DNA of 48,226 bases from Alphaproteobacteria bacterium UBA3864 (GCA_002393065.1 DGGW01000052.1:1-48226); one strand, 5' to 3'; counted from the stretch's first letter, positions 28,211 to 39,463 are shown. The notes: generated by a model not told the origin, from the sequence alone. Numbers and translations: made by a program.

Positions 28211-29461
28211 TCAGAAATCGTACTGATACTGAACGCCCAGAATGTTGGCCTGCGCGTCATACTTGACGTCGGCCGTTCCCGGACCGCCGGCCGCGCCGTT
28301 GTGCGCGCGGTACGTCCGCATGAACAGATGCGCGTAAGCGACGTCGATGCGGGACTTCTTGTCGAAGTTGTACGTAAAGCCGAGCGACGCCCAGTAGCGG
28401 CTCTGGTCGGGAATACGTGTCGTTCTGAACAACCCGTTCGTCGCGGGCGATTTGTCGTACGACAAACCGGCGCGGTACGTCCATTTTTCGTTGTAGTACC
28501 AATCCGTGCCGACGGCAAATGTCCAAGTGTCCTTCCATTGATATGGGACAGTTTTTTCAGCTAAAATCCCCGGATGCGCCGGAGCGTACAGGCTGAACTT
28601 TCTGAAACGCGACCAACGCGACCAGCGCGCCGTGAACGAATAACCGAAGTCGCCTTTCTTCGTGAAGCCGGACAGGATCATCTGTTCGGGCAAAATCTGC
28701 GTCGAGTACGCGTCATACGTTCCCGTCGCGACAGCAAGGAGCGGGAGGTTCCCTTCGACCATCAGTTTGCCGGTGACTTTGTGATGGCGGGTCGGACGAT
28801 AGGAAATGCCGATGCGGGTGTCTTTTTCCGGTTCCCACATAAAGCCGTAGTTGCCGTACCAATCCCAGTTGTCCAGATCGTATTCGTATTCGTTCATCCT
28901 GCCGAGGCCTTTGAGTTGGCCGGTGACCTTGCCGCGGACGTAGCGATAAATCAATCCGGCGCCGAAGGACAGGGTGTCGGTAATCTTGTATGCGACGGAC
29001 AGGTTGGTGTCGAAGATGCGTAAATCGGTCGTGATGCCTTCCTGCGACGCAAAAAAGTCGTCGCCGTAATCGGAAGCCAGACCGTACGGCGTATAAACGC
29101 CGAAGCCGAGCATGAATTTGTCGTTGACGGCCATCTGCGTAAAGAAGTTCGGCAACGGCGAGTAAACGCGGATCAGGTCCTTGCCGCTTTCTCCGGGGAA
29201 GGAACCGGCGCCTTTGACGGTGCCGCGCTGCTGGACGACGGTGATGCCGGCCTGCATGCCGGATTTCTGATTGGAAAACATTCCGGCGGGGTTGTACGCC
29301 AGCGCGGAGTAATCGTCACCGGCGACGCCGGCGCCCGCGTAGGAACGGCCCAGTCCCGTTACGGAATAATCGTTCAGCTGATAGCCGGCGGCTTCGGCTT
29401 TTCCGGCGGAAAAAGCCGCCAGAGCCGCAACCGCGGTGAACGTAAGACTTTTTTTGAACAT
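28211..29461 (-). CDS. fadL: FadL/OmpP1 long-chain fatty acid outer-membrane transporter
   Basis: Signal peptide; AGYQLNDYSVTGLGRSYAG; YNPAG; TPYGL; RIPDQSR; terminal aromatic residues YQYDF. Confidence 0.9.
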   Translation of the reverse strand: MFKKSLTFTAVAALAAFSAGKAEAAGYQLNDYSVTGLGRSYAGAGVAGDDYSALAYNPAGMFSNQKSGMQAGITVVQQRGTVKGAGSFPGESGKDLIRVYSPLPNFFTQMAVNDKFMLGFGVYTPYGLASDYGDDFFASQEGITTDLRIFDTNLSVAYKITDTLSFGAGLIYRYVRGKVTGQLKGLGRMNEYEYDLDNWDWYGNYGFMWEPEKDTRIGISYRPTRHHKVTGKLMVEGNLPLLAVATGTYDAYSTQILPEQMILSGFTKKGDFGYSFTARWSRWSRFRKFSLYAPAHPGILAEKTVPYQWKDTWTFAVGTDWYYNEKWTYRAGLSYDKSPATNGLFRTTRIPDQSRYWASLGFTYNFDKKSRIDVAYAHLFMRTYRAHNGAAGGPGTADVKYDAQANILGVQYQYDF

Positions 29462-29719
29462 GAATCAATGTCCTTTATAAAATTAACCTCGCCCTTCAAG
29501 GTATAGGCAAAGCGACGTTTTTGCAAGGAAATAAAAATAAAAAACCTTTATTTTTCAAAAGGAAAGGATGAAAAATAGAAAATTCTCGTCTTTTTTGAAA
29601 AATCAAGTCAAAGAAAAAACAGGATTTTTTTATAAAAAAATATTCGGTCGTACGACTGATTTGACCCGTCGAAAAAAAAGGTGTAAACTGATAAAAATTC
29701 GTTTTTCGGAGACGGTTAC

Positions 29720-30382
29720 ATGAAAGATACTCGGTCAAAATTGCTTCGGGCGGCGACGGAAATGTTTTCCAAATACGGTTTTGAAGCGACATCGACGCGG
29801 GCTTTGGCGCAAAAGGCGCAGGTCAATCTGGCCGCCATCACGTATTATTTCGGCGACAAAATGGATCTGTACAGGGCCGTTCTTGATTCCGTCGTCGACG
29901 AAATCAAGGAAACGACCGCCAAGAAAGTCCAGCTGCTGAAGGATCTGGCCGAAGTTCAGCAGAAAAACGCCGCCGAAGCGCTTTCCGCGTTGCATAAAAC
30001 GATAGAGTATGTGATAGATCTGGCGTGCGGGTCGAAAAAATCCGCCGACGCCGTCAGCATCCTGTCCAAGGAAATGAGCGAACCGACGGAATCCTACAAC
30101 CGCGTTTATACGGAAATCGTCCGGCCTTTTTATCAAACGATGAACGATCTGGTCGCCAAAATCGTCGGGACGGCGGACAGTCTTCAAACGGGGATCATCG
30201 CGCAGTCCATCATGGGACAGCTGACCGTGTTCAGGACGCAGCGCGACGCCTTTTTGCGCTATGCCGGATTAAAGAAATACAACGCCGGTTTTCTGGAACA
30301 GATTAAAAAAGCCGTCATCGCCCAAACGGACGCGATACTGACCGCGTATAAGAAGGAAAACCCTTTCGCGGCAAAAGCCTAA
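29720..30382 (+). CDS. TetR family regulator, CecR/YbiH-like
   Basis: N-terminal TetR HTH (FSKYGFEATSTRALAQKAQVNLAAITYYFGDK); C-terminal SIMGQLTVFR; divergent from fadL. Confidence 0.88.
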   Translation: MKDTRSKLLRAATEMFSKYGFEATSTRALAQKAQVNLAAITYYFGDKMDLYRAVLDSVVDEIKETTAKKVQLLKDLAEVQQKNAAEALSALHKTIEYVIDLACGSKKSADAVSILSKEMSEPTESYNRVYTEIVRPFYQTMNDLVAKIVGTADSLQTGIIAQSIMGQLTVFRTQRDAFLRYAGLKKYNAGFLEQIKKAVIAQTDAILTAYKKENPFAAKA

Positions 30383-31110
30383 GTCGCGAAGCTTTTGACC
30401 AGACTGCCGACCAGCATGTACCATCCGTCGATCAGGACGAAGAAGATCAGCTTGAACGGCAATGACAACATGGACGGCGGCAACATCATCATGCCCATGC
30501 TCATCAGCACGGACGCGACGACCATGTCGATGATCAGGAACGGCACGTAAATCAGAAAGCCTATTTCAAAAGCGCGGCGCAGTTCGCTGATCATGAACGA
30601 CGGAACAAGCGCCTGCAACGGCGTGTCTTCCGGTTTTTCCACTTTCGGCGTTTTGGAAAAGCCCATGAACAGCTGCAGATCCTTTTCGCGCACGTTTTTC
30701 AGCATAAATTCGCGGAACGGGGCGACGGTCCGCTGAACGGCGGCTTCGGTCGATATTTTTTCCTGCGTCAGCGGATAGATCCCTTCGTTCCACGCTTTTT
30801 CGAACGTCGGCGTCATGATGAAACCCGTCATGAACAACGCGAGCGCGATCAGGATGGAGTTGGTCGGCGTCTGCGACGTGCCGAGCGCTTGTCTGGCGAT
30901 CGAAAACACGATAACGATGCGGGTGAAGCTCGTGACCATGACCAGAATGCCGGGGGCGACGGACAACACCGTCAGCAACAAAACCAGCTGGACGATGCGC
31001 GCCGTTGACGATCCGCCGCTTTCGCCAAGATCGATGTTGACGCTTTGCGCCACGGCCGGCGCGGCGGTCGCCATAACGGCAAAAAGGGTCAAAAGGATTT
31101 TTTTAATCAT
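30379..31110 (-). CDS. fliP: Flagellar export pore protein FliP
   Basis: MVTSFTRIVIV, PSFMISELRRAFEIGF, MSMGMMMLPP, LPFKLIFFVLIDGW. Confidence 0.98.
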   Translation of the reverse strand: MIKKILLTLFAVMATAAPAVAQSVNIDLGESGGSSTARIVQLVLLLTVLSVAPGILVMVTSFTRIVIVFSIARQALGTSQTPTNSILIALALFMTGFIMTPTFEKAWNEGIYPLTQEKISTEAAVQRTVAPFREFMLKNVREKDLQLFMGFSKTPKVEKPEDTPLQALVPSFMISELRRAFEIGFLIYVPFLIIDMVVASVLMSMGMMMLPPSMLSLPFKLIFFVLIDGWYMLVGSLVKSFAT

Positions 31111-31408
31111 GGTCGGACGCCTGTTCGGTTGGTTGCGGATCGGCTTTTATCGGGAAAGAATCGAGCAAAACGACCGTTTCGCCCGTCGCGATCAGATATT
31201 CTTTGGCATCGCAGGCGACCAACATCAGCGTGTTTTTCGGATCGATGCGGCGAAATTCAATGACGGAAAGTCTTTTCTTTTTCAGGCCGCCGGGCAAACC
31301 CGCGGTCGGCGAGCCGAATTTTTTTAAAATCCATCCCGTCAGAAAGACCAGCCCGATAACAAAGACCAATCCCAGAAAAGCGGAAAGAACGGACGGTTCA
31401 TGCGACAT
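31103..31408 (-). CDS. fliO: Flagellar biosynthesis protein FliO
   Basis: Single TM followed by KRLSVIEFRRIDPKNTLMLV...EYLI; directly upstream of fliP. Confidence 0.82.
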   Translation of the reverse strand: MSHEPSVLSAFLGLVFVIGLVFLTGWILKKFGSPTAGLPGGLKKKRLSVIEFRRIDPKNTLMLVACDAKEYLIATGETVVLLDSFPIKADPQPTEQASDHD

Positions 31409-31676
31409 AGTCGGGGAACTCCTTTTTCAATTTAAGGAAAGCTTTTGCCGTCAGAACCCCGAAAGAATCGATTTTCGCGGCCAATTCCGTTATCAGCGGT
31501 TTTAATGTTTTTCTTTCGTCGGAATCGGCGTTTCTGAAGTCGCGACAGATAGAATCGACCATTTCCTTTAACGACCGGATGCTGACCAGACGGCCTTTTT
31601 CCGTCAGGTCGGCCGCCGTGTCCAGCAAAGCGATGGCGTTTTGCGTTTCGGCTTTTATATCGGCAATATCCGTCAT
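31398..31676 (-). CDS. Hypothetical protein in flagellar operon
   Basis: 92 aa helical ORF overlapping both neighbours, consistent with translational coupling. Confidence 0.7.
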   Translation of the reverse strand: MTDIADIKAETQNAIALLDTAADLTEKGRLVSIRSLKEMVDSICRDFRNADSDERKTLKPLITELAAKIDSFGVLTAKAFLKLKKEFPDYVA

Positions 31677-31996
31677 GATAAAAACGCTCCTTTAGCCGTT
31701 TCGTCATTGAGCCGGTAAATATACGACAGGATTTCGGCGACGGCGGCGAAGGCTTCGGGCGGGATTTCCGCGTCCAGATCGACGGCGGCAAGGATCTCGG
31801 CCAAATCGGCGTCCTGTCGGACTTTGACGCCGGCGGCGAACGCCAGATCCAAAATCCGTTCGGCAACGTAACCGTATCCGGCGGCGGCGACTTTCGGCGG
31901 GGCTTTCCGGTCCTCGTCATAGTCGAGAGCGACGGCGACGGTGCGTTTCGCTTCTTCTGTCATCAGAGTTGTTCTCTCCTCTTCATCGAATCGCAT
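31673..31996 (-). CDS. Stand-alone FlhB C-terminal-like (EscU/YscU/HrcU family) protein
   Basis: AVALDYD...PPKVAAAGYGYVAERIL...EIPPEAFAAVAEILSYIY. Alternative start at 31963. Confidence 0.9.
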   Translation of the reverse strand: MRFDEEERTTLMTEEAKRTVAVALDYDEDRKAPPKVAAAGYGYVAERILDLAFAAGVKVRQDADLAEILAAVDLDAEIPPEAFAAVAEILSYIYRLNDETAKGAFLS

Positions 31997-32011
31997 TGTG
32001 ACTCCGCGCCC

Positions 32012-32026
32012 TTAAAAAAACTTTAA
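32012..32026. promoter_or_regulatory. CtrA-type box upstream of the FlhB-like-fliO-fliP operon
   Basis: TTAA-AAAAACT-TTAA matches TTAA-N7-TTAA; class II flagellar context. Confidence 0.6.
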
Positions 32027-32081
32027 AAAGGGGTGCAAGAGTGTATAATGGACGTAAACGAAAATTTTGAGGAGTTTTTTC

Positions 32082-33149
32082 ATGGATTCCGAATCCCGCC
32101 GTCAGTTGACGCGTTTGCTGAAAAACGCCGGCAAAAAGCCCGTCGTCGTCTTCACCGATCTGGACAAGACTTCGTGCGAGGAGGGCAACGCCGCTTTCGC
32201 CGCCGAAAATAAGGCTGAAACGGGCGTCGACAAATGCTATATGCAGCCGGAGATCCGCCGTGCGCTGACGTCGCTGAAACAGTCGGGGAACCCTTATTAT
32301 ATTGTGACGGGACGGCATTGGAGCGACAAGCGCGTCAACGATGTGACCGGTGAAAAAATCCCCGATGGCGCTTTTTACGACCTGCTCGGCGGGGCGAAGG
32401 ATTTCGAATCCGCGTCCGCCGTCGCCGGACACGGGCGCTTGCTGGTTGAAAACGGGAAAACGACCGTCCTGCGCCGCGCCGCGACCCCTGAAGAAGCGCT
32501 TAAAGAACAGAAATTCGAACGTTACGTCGGCGAAAACGTCATGGCGCTGAAAAAGGAACTGTTCGACCGCTGGCCGGATTCGCGCGGCCATATCCTTGCC
32601 GAATACAAAAAGCATTTGAGCTACGTCAACGTTGACGGTTATAAGGAAATCAATCCCGAAGCGGCAAAAGAAATGGCCGCCTTCGTCGATAAGAAAATGC
32701 GCGCGATGATGACGGCGAAGGACGCTCCCGAAAACCCGAACGGCGCCCTGTACTACGCCGTCGAACCGACCGGTTCGATGGAGGTGCGCTCCGCCAACCA
32801 GAGCAAGCGCAACGGCCTGGAACAATCCGGATTTTTGGAAAAAGCCTATAATTCGGGCGCGTCCGTTATTGTCGCCGGCGACAGTCTGGGTAAAAACGGC
32901 ACCGACCGCGACATGGTCGAAGCCGTCCGCGACTACTTTAAAGCCCGCGGCGCCGAAGACCGCGTTTTCGTGTTCCACGTCGAAAACGGCAAGCCCGTGA
33001 AGGACAAGACCGACTCGTGCTATCCGACGATCGCGGTCAAGGACCCGAACGAGTTGGGACAAGCGTTGAAAATGGTCGCAGGTCAGGCGAAGACCCGTGC
33101 CGCCCTGCGCGCGAAAACCGTCGCTTTGAAAAAAGACAACGTCCGTTAA
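32082..33149 (+). CDS. HAD-superfamily (IIB) phosphatase, trehalose-6-phosphate phosphatase-like
   Basis: ATG 32082 after GAGGAG. Motif I FTDLDKT, motif [21 protein letters not shown] (motif III), motif IV AGDS...TDRDM. Confidence 0.72.
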   Translation: MDSESRRQLTRLLKNAGKKPVVVFTDLDKTSCEEGNAAFAAENKAETGVDKCYMQPEIRRALTSLKQSGNPYYIVTGRHWSDKRVNDVTGEKIPDGAFYDLLGGAKDFESASAVAGHGRLLVENGKTTVLRRAATPEEALKEQKFERYVGENVMALKKELFDRWPDSRGHILAEYKKHLSYVNVDGYKEINPEAAKEMAAFVDKKMRAMMTAKDAPENPNGALYYAVEPTGSMEVRSANQSKRNGLEQSGFLEKAYNSGASVIVAGDSLGKNGTDRDMVEAVRDYFKARGAEDRVFVFHVENGKPVKDKTDSCYPTIAVKDPNELGQALKMVAGQAKTRAALRAKTVALKKDNVR

Positions 33150-33979
33150 TCCCGCCGGAGCTTTTTCAACGCGGCGATTTCGGCGGCGTATCCGTCCAAT
33201 TCGTTCGGCGTTTCCAGATAAAAAGGCAACTCTTTCAACAACGGATGGTTGACGATGTTTTCGATCGCCTTCCAGCCGAGGAATCCTTTGCCCAAACATT
33301 CGTGCCGGTCCTTGTGCGACGCGAACGGATTTTTCGTGTCGTTCAGGTGGACGGCCTTCAGCCGCTTTAAGCCGATAACGCCGTCAAAGCTTTTCAGCAC
33401 GCCGTCCAAATCGTTCGCGATGTCGTATCCGCCGTCGAAAACGTGGCAGGTGTCCAGACAAACGCCGAGTTTTCCGTTCAATTCCACCTTGTCGATGATC
33501 GCGCGCAGTTCTTCGAACGACCGGCCGACTTCGGACCCTTTGCCCGCCATCGTTTCCAAAAGGACGGTCGTCGTTTGCTCCTCCGTCAGCAGGCGGTTCA
33601 GCAGATCGGCGATTTTGACGATTCCTTTTTCCGTTCCCTGTCCGACGTGCGATCCGGGGTGAAAGTTGTACGCGTTGTGCGGTATCGCTTCCATCCGGTT
33701 CAGATCGTCGCGCATGACGGTGAAGGCAAAGTCGAGAACGTCCGGTTTTTCGGCGCAGGCGTTCAATGTATAAGGCGCGTGCGCCAGCAACAGCCCGAAG
33801 TTGTTTTTTTTCGCGATGTCCCGCGCTTTCGCGATGTCGGCGTGGTCGATGTCTTTCGCCGCGCCGCCGCGCGGATTGCGGGTGAAAAACTGAAAGACGT
33901 TCGCCCCGATGCCGACGGCCATTTCGGCCATGGCGGCAAAGCCTTTCGACGCGGACAGATGGCAACCGATGTAAAACAT
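33146..33979 (-). CDS. nfo: Endonuclease IV (deoxyribonuclease IV)
   Basis: [52 protein letters not shown]. Confidence 0.96.
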   Translation of the reverse strand: MFYIGCHLSASKGFAAMAEMAVGIGANVFQFFTRNPRGGAAKDIDHADIAKARDIAKKNNFGLLLAHAPYTLNACAEKPDVLDFAFTVMRDDLNRMEAIPHNAYNFHPGSHVGQGTEKGIVKIADLLNRLLTEEQTTTVLLETMAGKGSEVGRSFEELRAIIDKVELNGKLGVCLDTCHVFDGGYDIANDLDGVLKSFDGVIGLKRLKAVHLNDTKNPFASHKDRHECLGKGFLGWKAIENIVNHPLLKELPFYLETPNELDGYAAEIAALKKLRRD

Positions 33980-33996
33980 TTCCTTTTCTCCGTAAG

Positions 33997-34027
33997 AAAA
34001 AAGCGGAACCGCGCGGCTCCGCTTTTT
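33997..34027 (-). terminator. Intrinsic terminator after ppiD
   Basis: AAAAAGCGGA...TCCGCTTTTT inverted repeat. Confidence 0.7.
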
Positions 34028-34042
34028 AATGAAAAGCGATTT

Positions 34043-35947
34043 TTACTCCTCGTCGGAGGATTCGTTGGCGGAACGGGTGACCAGACCGAACGCGTTTTTG
34101 ACGGCGTCTTCGTGCAGTGTCAGACCGTATTCTTCGCCGAACGCCCCCAAAACGGCGGCCAACCGTTCGTCGCCGACGGTTTGGATCATTTCTTCGCGGA
34201 TCTCTTCCAATCCGAGCGTGTCCTTTTCGGGATCGGCGTCAACGGCTTTGGTCGCGCGGGCGACGATATACCATCCGTTGTCCGAAGCCGAAGCGGGCGT
34301 GCCGATCTTTTGCGAAAACAGGGCGTACAGAACGTTTTTCGGTAAAATGACGTCGTTGCGGGTCAGATCCGTCCTTTGTTCGTAGGAAACACCTTCCGTT
34401 TTCGCGATGCGGTCGGCTTTTTCGCCCTTTTCAAGGCGTTCTTCGATGTTTTTCGCCAAAGCGCGCGCCGCTTTTTTGCGTTTTTCTTTCAGCCATTCCT
34501 TCATGACGGCTTCTTTCGCCAGTTCGAAAGATTGAACGGCCGGTTCGCGCACGGAATCGACGCGGGCGACGTAGAACGCCGTTTCCGTTTCGATCATCGG
34601 GGAAGTTTGATTTTCTTCGCTGATAAAAGCGGTCGAAACAACTTCGGCGGGCAGATCCGCTTTTTTGCCGTTTTCGTCTTTTCCGTCGGCGTCAACGGCG
34701 GCGTAAGGAACGATCTTCAGATTTTCCGAAGCGGCGATGTCCTCCAGACTTTCGCCGGCGCCCAACCGGTCGTCGAGCGCCACGGACAGATCGATCATCG
34801 CGTCGTAAGCGCGGGCCGATTTGACTTTTTCGGTCAGCTCTTTTTTGACTTGGGCGAAGGAGCGTTCCTTCTTCGGCGTGATTGAATTGACGCGCAGGAT
34901 CTGCCATCCGAAATCCGTCTGCACGGGACCGACGATCTCGCCTTTTTTCGCCGCGAAAACCTGATCCGACCAGTCGCTCGTCGCCGACGACGGCGTCACA
35001 TCGCCGAGCTTTGTCTGTTCCGGCGTCTGTTTCGCGATTTTTTCGGCGACTTCGTCAAAGGTTTTACCGGATTTCAGCGCTTCGTCGGCGGCTTTCGCTT
35101 CAGCTTCGTCGATGAACAGCATTTGGTCGACGTTGCGGATTTCCTCGTTGATATATTCGGCTTTGTTTTCGTTATACGCTTCCTGCAGTTCCTCGTCGGT
35201 GACGGTGATTTTTTTTGCCGCGTCCGACAAAGAGAGCTTCATCACGGACAAAGACCGGTATTCGGGCAAAGTCAGCTGTTCCGTCATGGAATCGTACAAC
35301 TCTTTCAATTCGGCGTCGGACGGTTTTTCGGCGACGCTCAATTTGGCGGGATTGATGCGGAAAACGTCGGCGACGCGCTGTTCGTGAGCCAGACGATACA
35401 TCGTTTTGGCGATGTCGGACGGAACAACCGCGCCGTCGGTCACGGCTTTCGACAGTTGAGCCGCCTGCAAATCAAGGAAAGTGTCGCGGACGAAGGCGTT
35501 TTCCGATTTGACCTGATTTTTCAGATATTCGTTATAACGGGACAGGTCGAATTTGCCGTCGGCGCCGGAAAACTGCGGCATGCGGGCGATGGCGTCGCGC
35601 ACATCGGCGTCGGACACGCTCAAATGCATCCGTTTGACGATTTCTTCCATGACGGCGCGGGAAGCCATATTGCTCAACGTGCGAATCAGCAGTCCGTTTT
35701 TGATTTCTTCGGACGCCGAAAACGTTCCGCCCGAAATCCTGCGCAACGTTTCGATTTGCCGGTTGTATTCGTTAATGAAATCCTGTGTTGAAATCGATTT
35801 GCCCGCCACGGTGATAACGGGGCGGTTGCGTTCGCGCATTTCGCTTATTCCCTGAATGCCGAACAAAGACATAAAGCTCAACGCCGTCAAGATCAGAATG
35901 CCTTTGACCAGCCAGCTGTCCTTTTGATTGCGGAAAAATTTTAACAT
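34043..35947 (-). CDS. ppiD: PpiD-like periplasmic chaperone / parvulin PPIase (SurA N-terminal domain)
   Basis: Start MLKFFRNQKDSW at 35947; N-terminal TM; rotamase motif GPVQTDFGWQIL; divergent from tpiA as in many alphaproteobacteria. Confidence 0.88.
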   Translation of the reverse strand: MLKFFRNQKDSWLVKGILILTALSFMSLFGIQGISEMRERNRPVITVAGKSISTQDFINEYNRQIETLRRISGGTFSASEEIKNGLLIRTLSNMASRAVMEEIVKRMHLSVSDADVRDAIARMPQFSGADGKFDLSRYNEYLKNQVKSENAFVRDTFLDLQAAQLSKAVTDGAVVPSDIAKTMYRLAHEQRVADVFRINPAKLSVAEKPSDAELKELYDSMTEQLTLPEYRSLSVMKLSLSDAAKKITVTDEELQEAYNENKAEYINEEIRNVDQMLFIDEAEAKAADEALKSGKTFDEVAEKIAKQTPEQTKLGDVTPSSATSDWSDQVFAAKKGEIVGPVQTDFGWQILRVNSITPKKERSFAQVKKELTEKVKSARAYDAMIDLSVALDDRLGAGESLEDIAASENLKIVPYAAVDADGKDENGKKADLPAEVVSTAFISEENQTSPMIETETAFYVARVDSVREPAVQSFELAKEAVMKEWLKEKRKKAARALAKNIEERLEKGEKADRIAKTEGVSYEQRTDLTRNDVILPKNVLYALFSQKIGTPASASDNGWYIVARATKAVDADPEKDTLGLEEIREEMIQTVGDERLAAVLGAFGEEYGLTLHEDAVKNAFGLVTRSANESSDEE

Positions 35948-36050
35948 GAGTTTATTCCCAAAGAAACGTATACGTTGATTCCGCATATTAAAGACGTCAA
36001 ACGGATAACGCAACAGCCTTTTTATATAAAAAGAATCAAAAAAATGAATT

Positions 36051-36066
36051 TTAATGTTTTTTTAAC
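36051..36066. promoter_or_regulatory. CtrA-type box in the ppiD/tpiA divergent region
   Basis: TTAA-TGTTTTT-TTAAC is an exact match, but lies in an AT-rich context. Confidence 0.4.
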
Positions 36067-36128
36067 GCGTCCGATGTGCTACATATAAGCAAATTTTTTT
36101 TCGTTTCATCTGTTGAGGAGTTTTTGAA

Positions 36129-36881
36129 ATGAGCAGACGTCCCCTGGTGGCCGGTAACTGGAAAATGAATATGCTGAACGCCGACGGTGTCGCTTTGGCG
36201 CGGGAAATCGCCGAAAAGTATGCGGCGTTGAAAAGCCCGAAGTGCGATGTTCTGGTTTGTCCGCCCGCGATTTGGGTGGCCGGTGTCGCACAGGCCGTCG
36301 CCGGAAAGATCGCCGTCGGAGCGCAGGATTGCCACGCCGCCGAATCGGGCGCTCACACGGGCGATATCAGCGTTCCGATGATCAAGGACGCGGGCGCTTC
36401 TTTCGTTATCGTCGGTCATTCCGAACGGCGCACGAACCATCACGAAACCGACGCCGACGTCAAAGCCAAAGCCGAAGCTGTCATCAAACACGGTTTGACC
36501 GCCGTCATCTGCATCGGTGAAACCGAAGCGCAACGCGACGCGGGTAAAACGATCGACGTCTGCCGTTCGCAGATTCAAGGCTCCATGCCGGACGGCGCGA
36601 CGGCTGAAAACGTCGTTATCGCTTACGAACCGGTCTGGGCGATCGGAACGGGGCGCACGCCGACGACGAAAGACGTCGAAGACGTTCACGCCGCCATCCG
36701 CGAAGCGATCGCCGCGAAAACGGACAAGAAAACGGCGGACGGCATGCGGATTTTGTACGGCGGATCGGTCAAGCCGTCGAACGCCGAAGAATTGATGGCT
36801 CTGCCCGATGTGGACGGCGCTCTGGTCGGCGGCGCCAGCCTGAAGGCCGCCGATTTCTGGGCGATCGTCGAAGCCTGCTGA
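36129..36881 (+). CDS. tpiA: Triosephosphate isomerase
   Basis: [38 protein letters not shown]. Confidence 0.99.
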   Translation: MSRRPLVAGNWKMNMLNADGVALAREIAEKYAALKSPKCDVLVCPPAIWVAGVAQAVAGKIAVGAQDCHAAESGAHTGDISVPMIKDAGASFVIVGHSERRTNHHETDADVKAKAEAVIKHGLTAVICIGETEAQRDAGKTIDVCRSQIQGSMPDGATAENVVIAYEPVWAIGTGRTPTTKDVEDVHAAIREAIAAKTDKKTADGMRILYGGSVKPSNAEELMALPDVDGALVGGASLKAADFWAIVEAC

Positions 36882-36897
36882 TAAAAGGGGATATCAA

Positions 36898-37221
36898 ATG
36901 CAAACGTTTATTTTGGTTGTTCATGTCATTTTGGCCGTTTCTCTGGTCGGCATTATTTTGATGCAGCGTTCCGAAGGCGGCGCTCTCGGCGGATTGGGCG
37001 GCGGCAGCATGGGCAGTTTCATGACGGGGCGTTCCGTCGGCAACTTCCTGACCCGCACGACGGCGATTCTGGCTTTTTGCTTCATGCTGACCAGCCTGAC
37101 TCTGGCGATCATGAGCAAGAAGGAAACGGCGAAGGCGCAACAGTCGTTCATGGTGCAGCCCGTCGCGCAGGAACAACAGGCGGCGCCCGAAGTTCCCGTC
37201 GTCCCCGTTTCGTCGAAATAA
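36898..37221 (+). CDS. secG: Preprotein translocase subunit SecG
   Basis: ILMQRSEGGALG...NFLTRTTAILA; follows tpiA. Confidence 0.96.
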   Translation: MQTFILVVHVILAVSLVGIILMQRSEGGALGGLGGGSMGSFMTGRSVGNFLTRTTAILAFCFMLTSLTLAIMSKKETAKAQQSFMVQPVAQEQQAAPEVPVVPVSSK

Positions 37222-37238
37222 GACCGGTCATCATTTCC

Positions 37239-37266
37239 GAAAAGACGGTGTTCGCACCGCCTTTTC
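37239..37266 (+). terminator. Hairpin (terminator-like or stabilising) between secG and kdsA
   Basis: GAAAAG-A-CGGTG-TTCG-CACCG-C-CTTTTC. Confidence 0.55.
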
Positions 37267-37290
37267 TGTATCGGAAAGGAGAAAATTGTT

Positions 37291-38118
37291 ATGGAAAACC
37301 GTCATGTCGTTTTAAACAATATCACGTTCGGCAACGATCTGCCTTTTGCGCTGATTGCCGGTCCCTGCCAAATGGAAAGCCGGGAACACGCGATCGAATT
37401 GTGCGGCAAAATCGTCGAAATCACGAAAAAGCTCGATATCCCGTACGTGTTTAAAGCGTCGTTCGACAAAGCGAACCGCACGTCGATTAACGGCGCGCGC
37501 GGTATCGGTATGGAAAAGGCATTGGAAGCCTTCGCGGAAATCAAGAAATTGTACGGCTGTCCCGTCATCACCGACGTTCACGAACCGTATCAATGCGCCG
37601 AAGCCGCGACCGTTGTCGATATGCTTCAGATTCCCGCTTTTCTGTGCCGGCAAACCGATTTGGTCGTTTCCGCGGCGAAAACGGGCAAAGTGCTGAACAT
37701 CAAAAAAGGTCAGTTCCTTGCGCCGTGGGATATGAAAAACGTCGTCAACAAAGCCGTTCAGGCCGGAAATCCGAACGTGCTCGTGACCGAACGCGGTGCG
37801 TCGTTCGGGTATAACACGCTTGTCGTCGACATGCGTTCTCTGCCGATCATGGCGCAGCAGACGGGATGCCCCGTCGTGTTCGACGCGACCCATTCGGTCC
37901 AGCAGCCCGGCGGGCAGGGGACGTCCACGGGCGGCCAGCGCGAATTCGCGCCGGTTCTGGCGCGCGCGGCGGTCGCCGTCGGCGTTGCCGCGATCTTTAT
38001 CGAAACGCACGAAGATCCCGCCCGTTCGCCCAGCGACGGGCCGAACATGATTCCTCTGGCCGAATTGCCGTCTGTTCTGGAATCGCTCAAAGCGATAGAT
38101 TCGCTGATTAAAAACTGA
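37291..38118 (+). CDS. kdsA: 3-deoxy-8-phosphooctulonate synthase
   Basis: IAGPCQMES, KASFDKANRTS, QIPAFLCRQTDL, KKGQFLAP, FDATHSVQQPGG, SDGPN. Confidence 0.98.
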   Translation: MENRHVVLNNITFGNDLPFALIAGPCQMESREHAIELCGKIVEITKKLDIPYVFKASFDKANRTSINGARGIGMEKALEAFAEIKKLYGCPVITDVHEPYQCAEAATVVDMLQIPAFLCRQTDLVVSAAKTGKVLNIKKGQFLAPWDMKNVVNKAVQAGNPNVLVTERGASFGYNTLVVDMRSLPIMAQQTGCPVVFDATHSVQQPGGQGTSTGGQREFAPVLARAAVAVGVAAIFIETHEDPARSPSDGPNMIPLAELPSVLESLKAIDSLIKN

Positions 38119-38122
38119 TTGA

Positions 38123-39451
<1,329 letters not shown>

Positions 39452-39463
39452 AAAAAAACGCAC

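Noticed and set aside
29462-29719. AT-rich 258 bp region as ncRNA, origin or ORF 29496-29792
   Set aside because: Explained as the divergent fadL/TetR promoter region; no convincing structure or DnaA-box cluster seen.
30379-31996. Injectisome T3SS as exporter for the LRR proteins
   Set aside because: FliP, FliO and the FlhB-like protein are flagellar in sequence and context.
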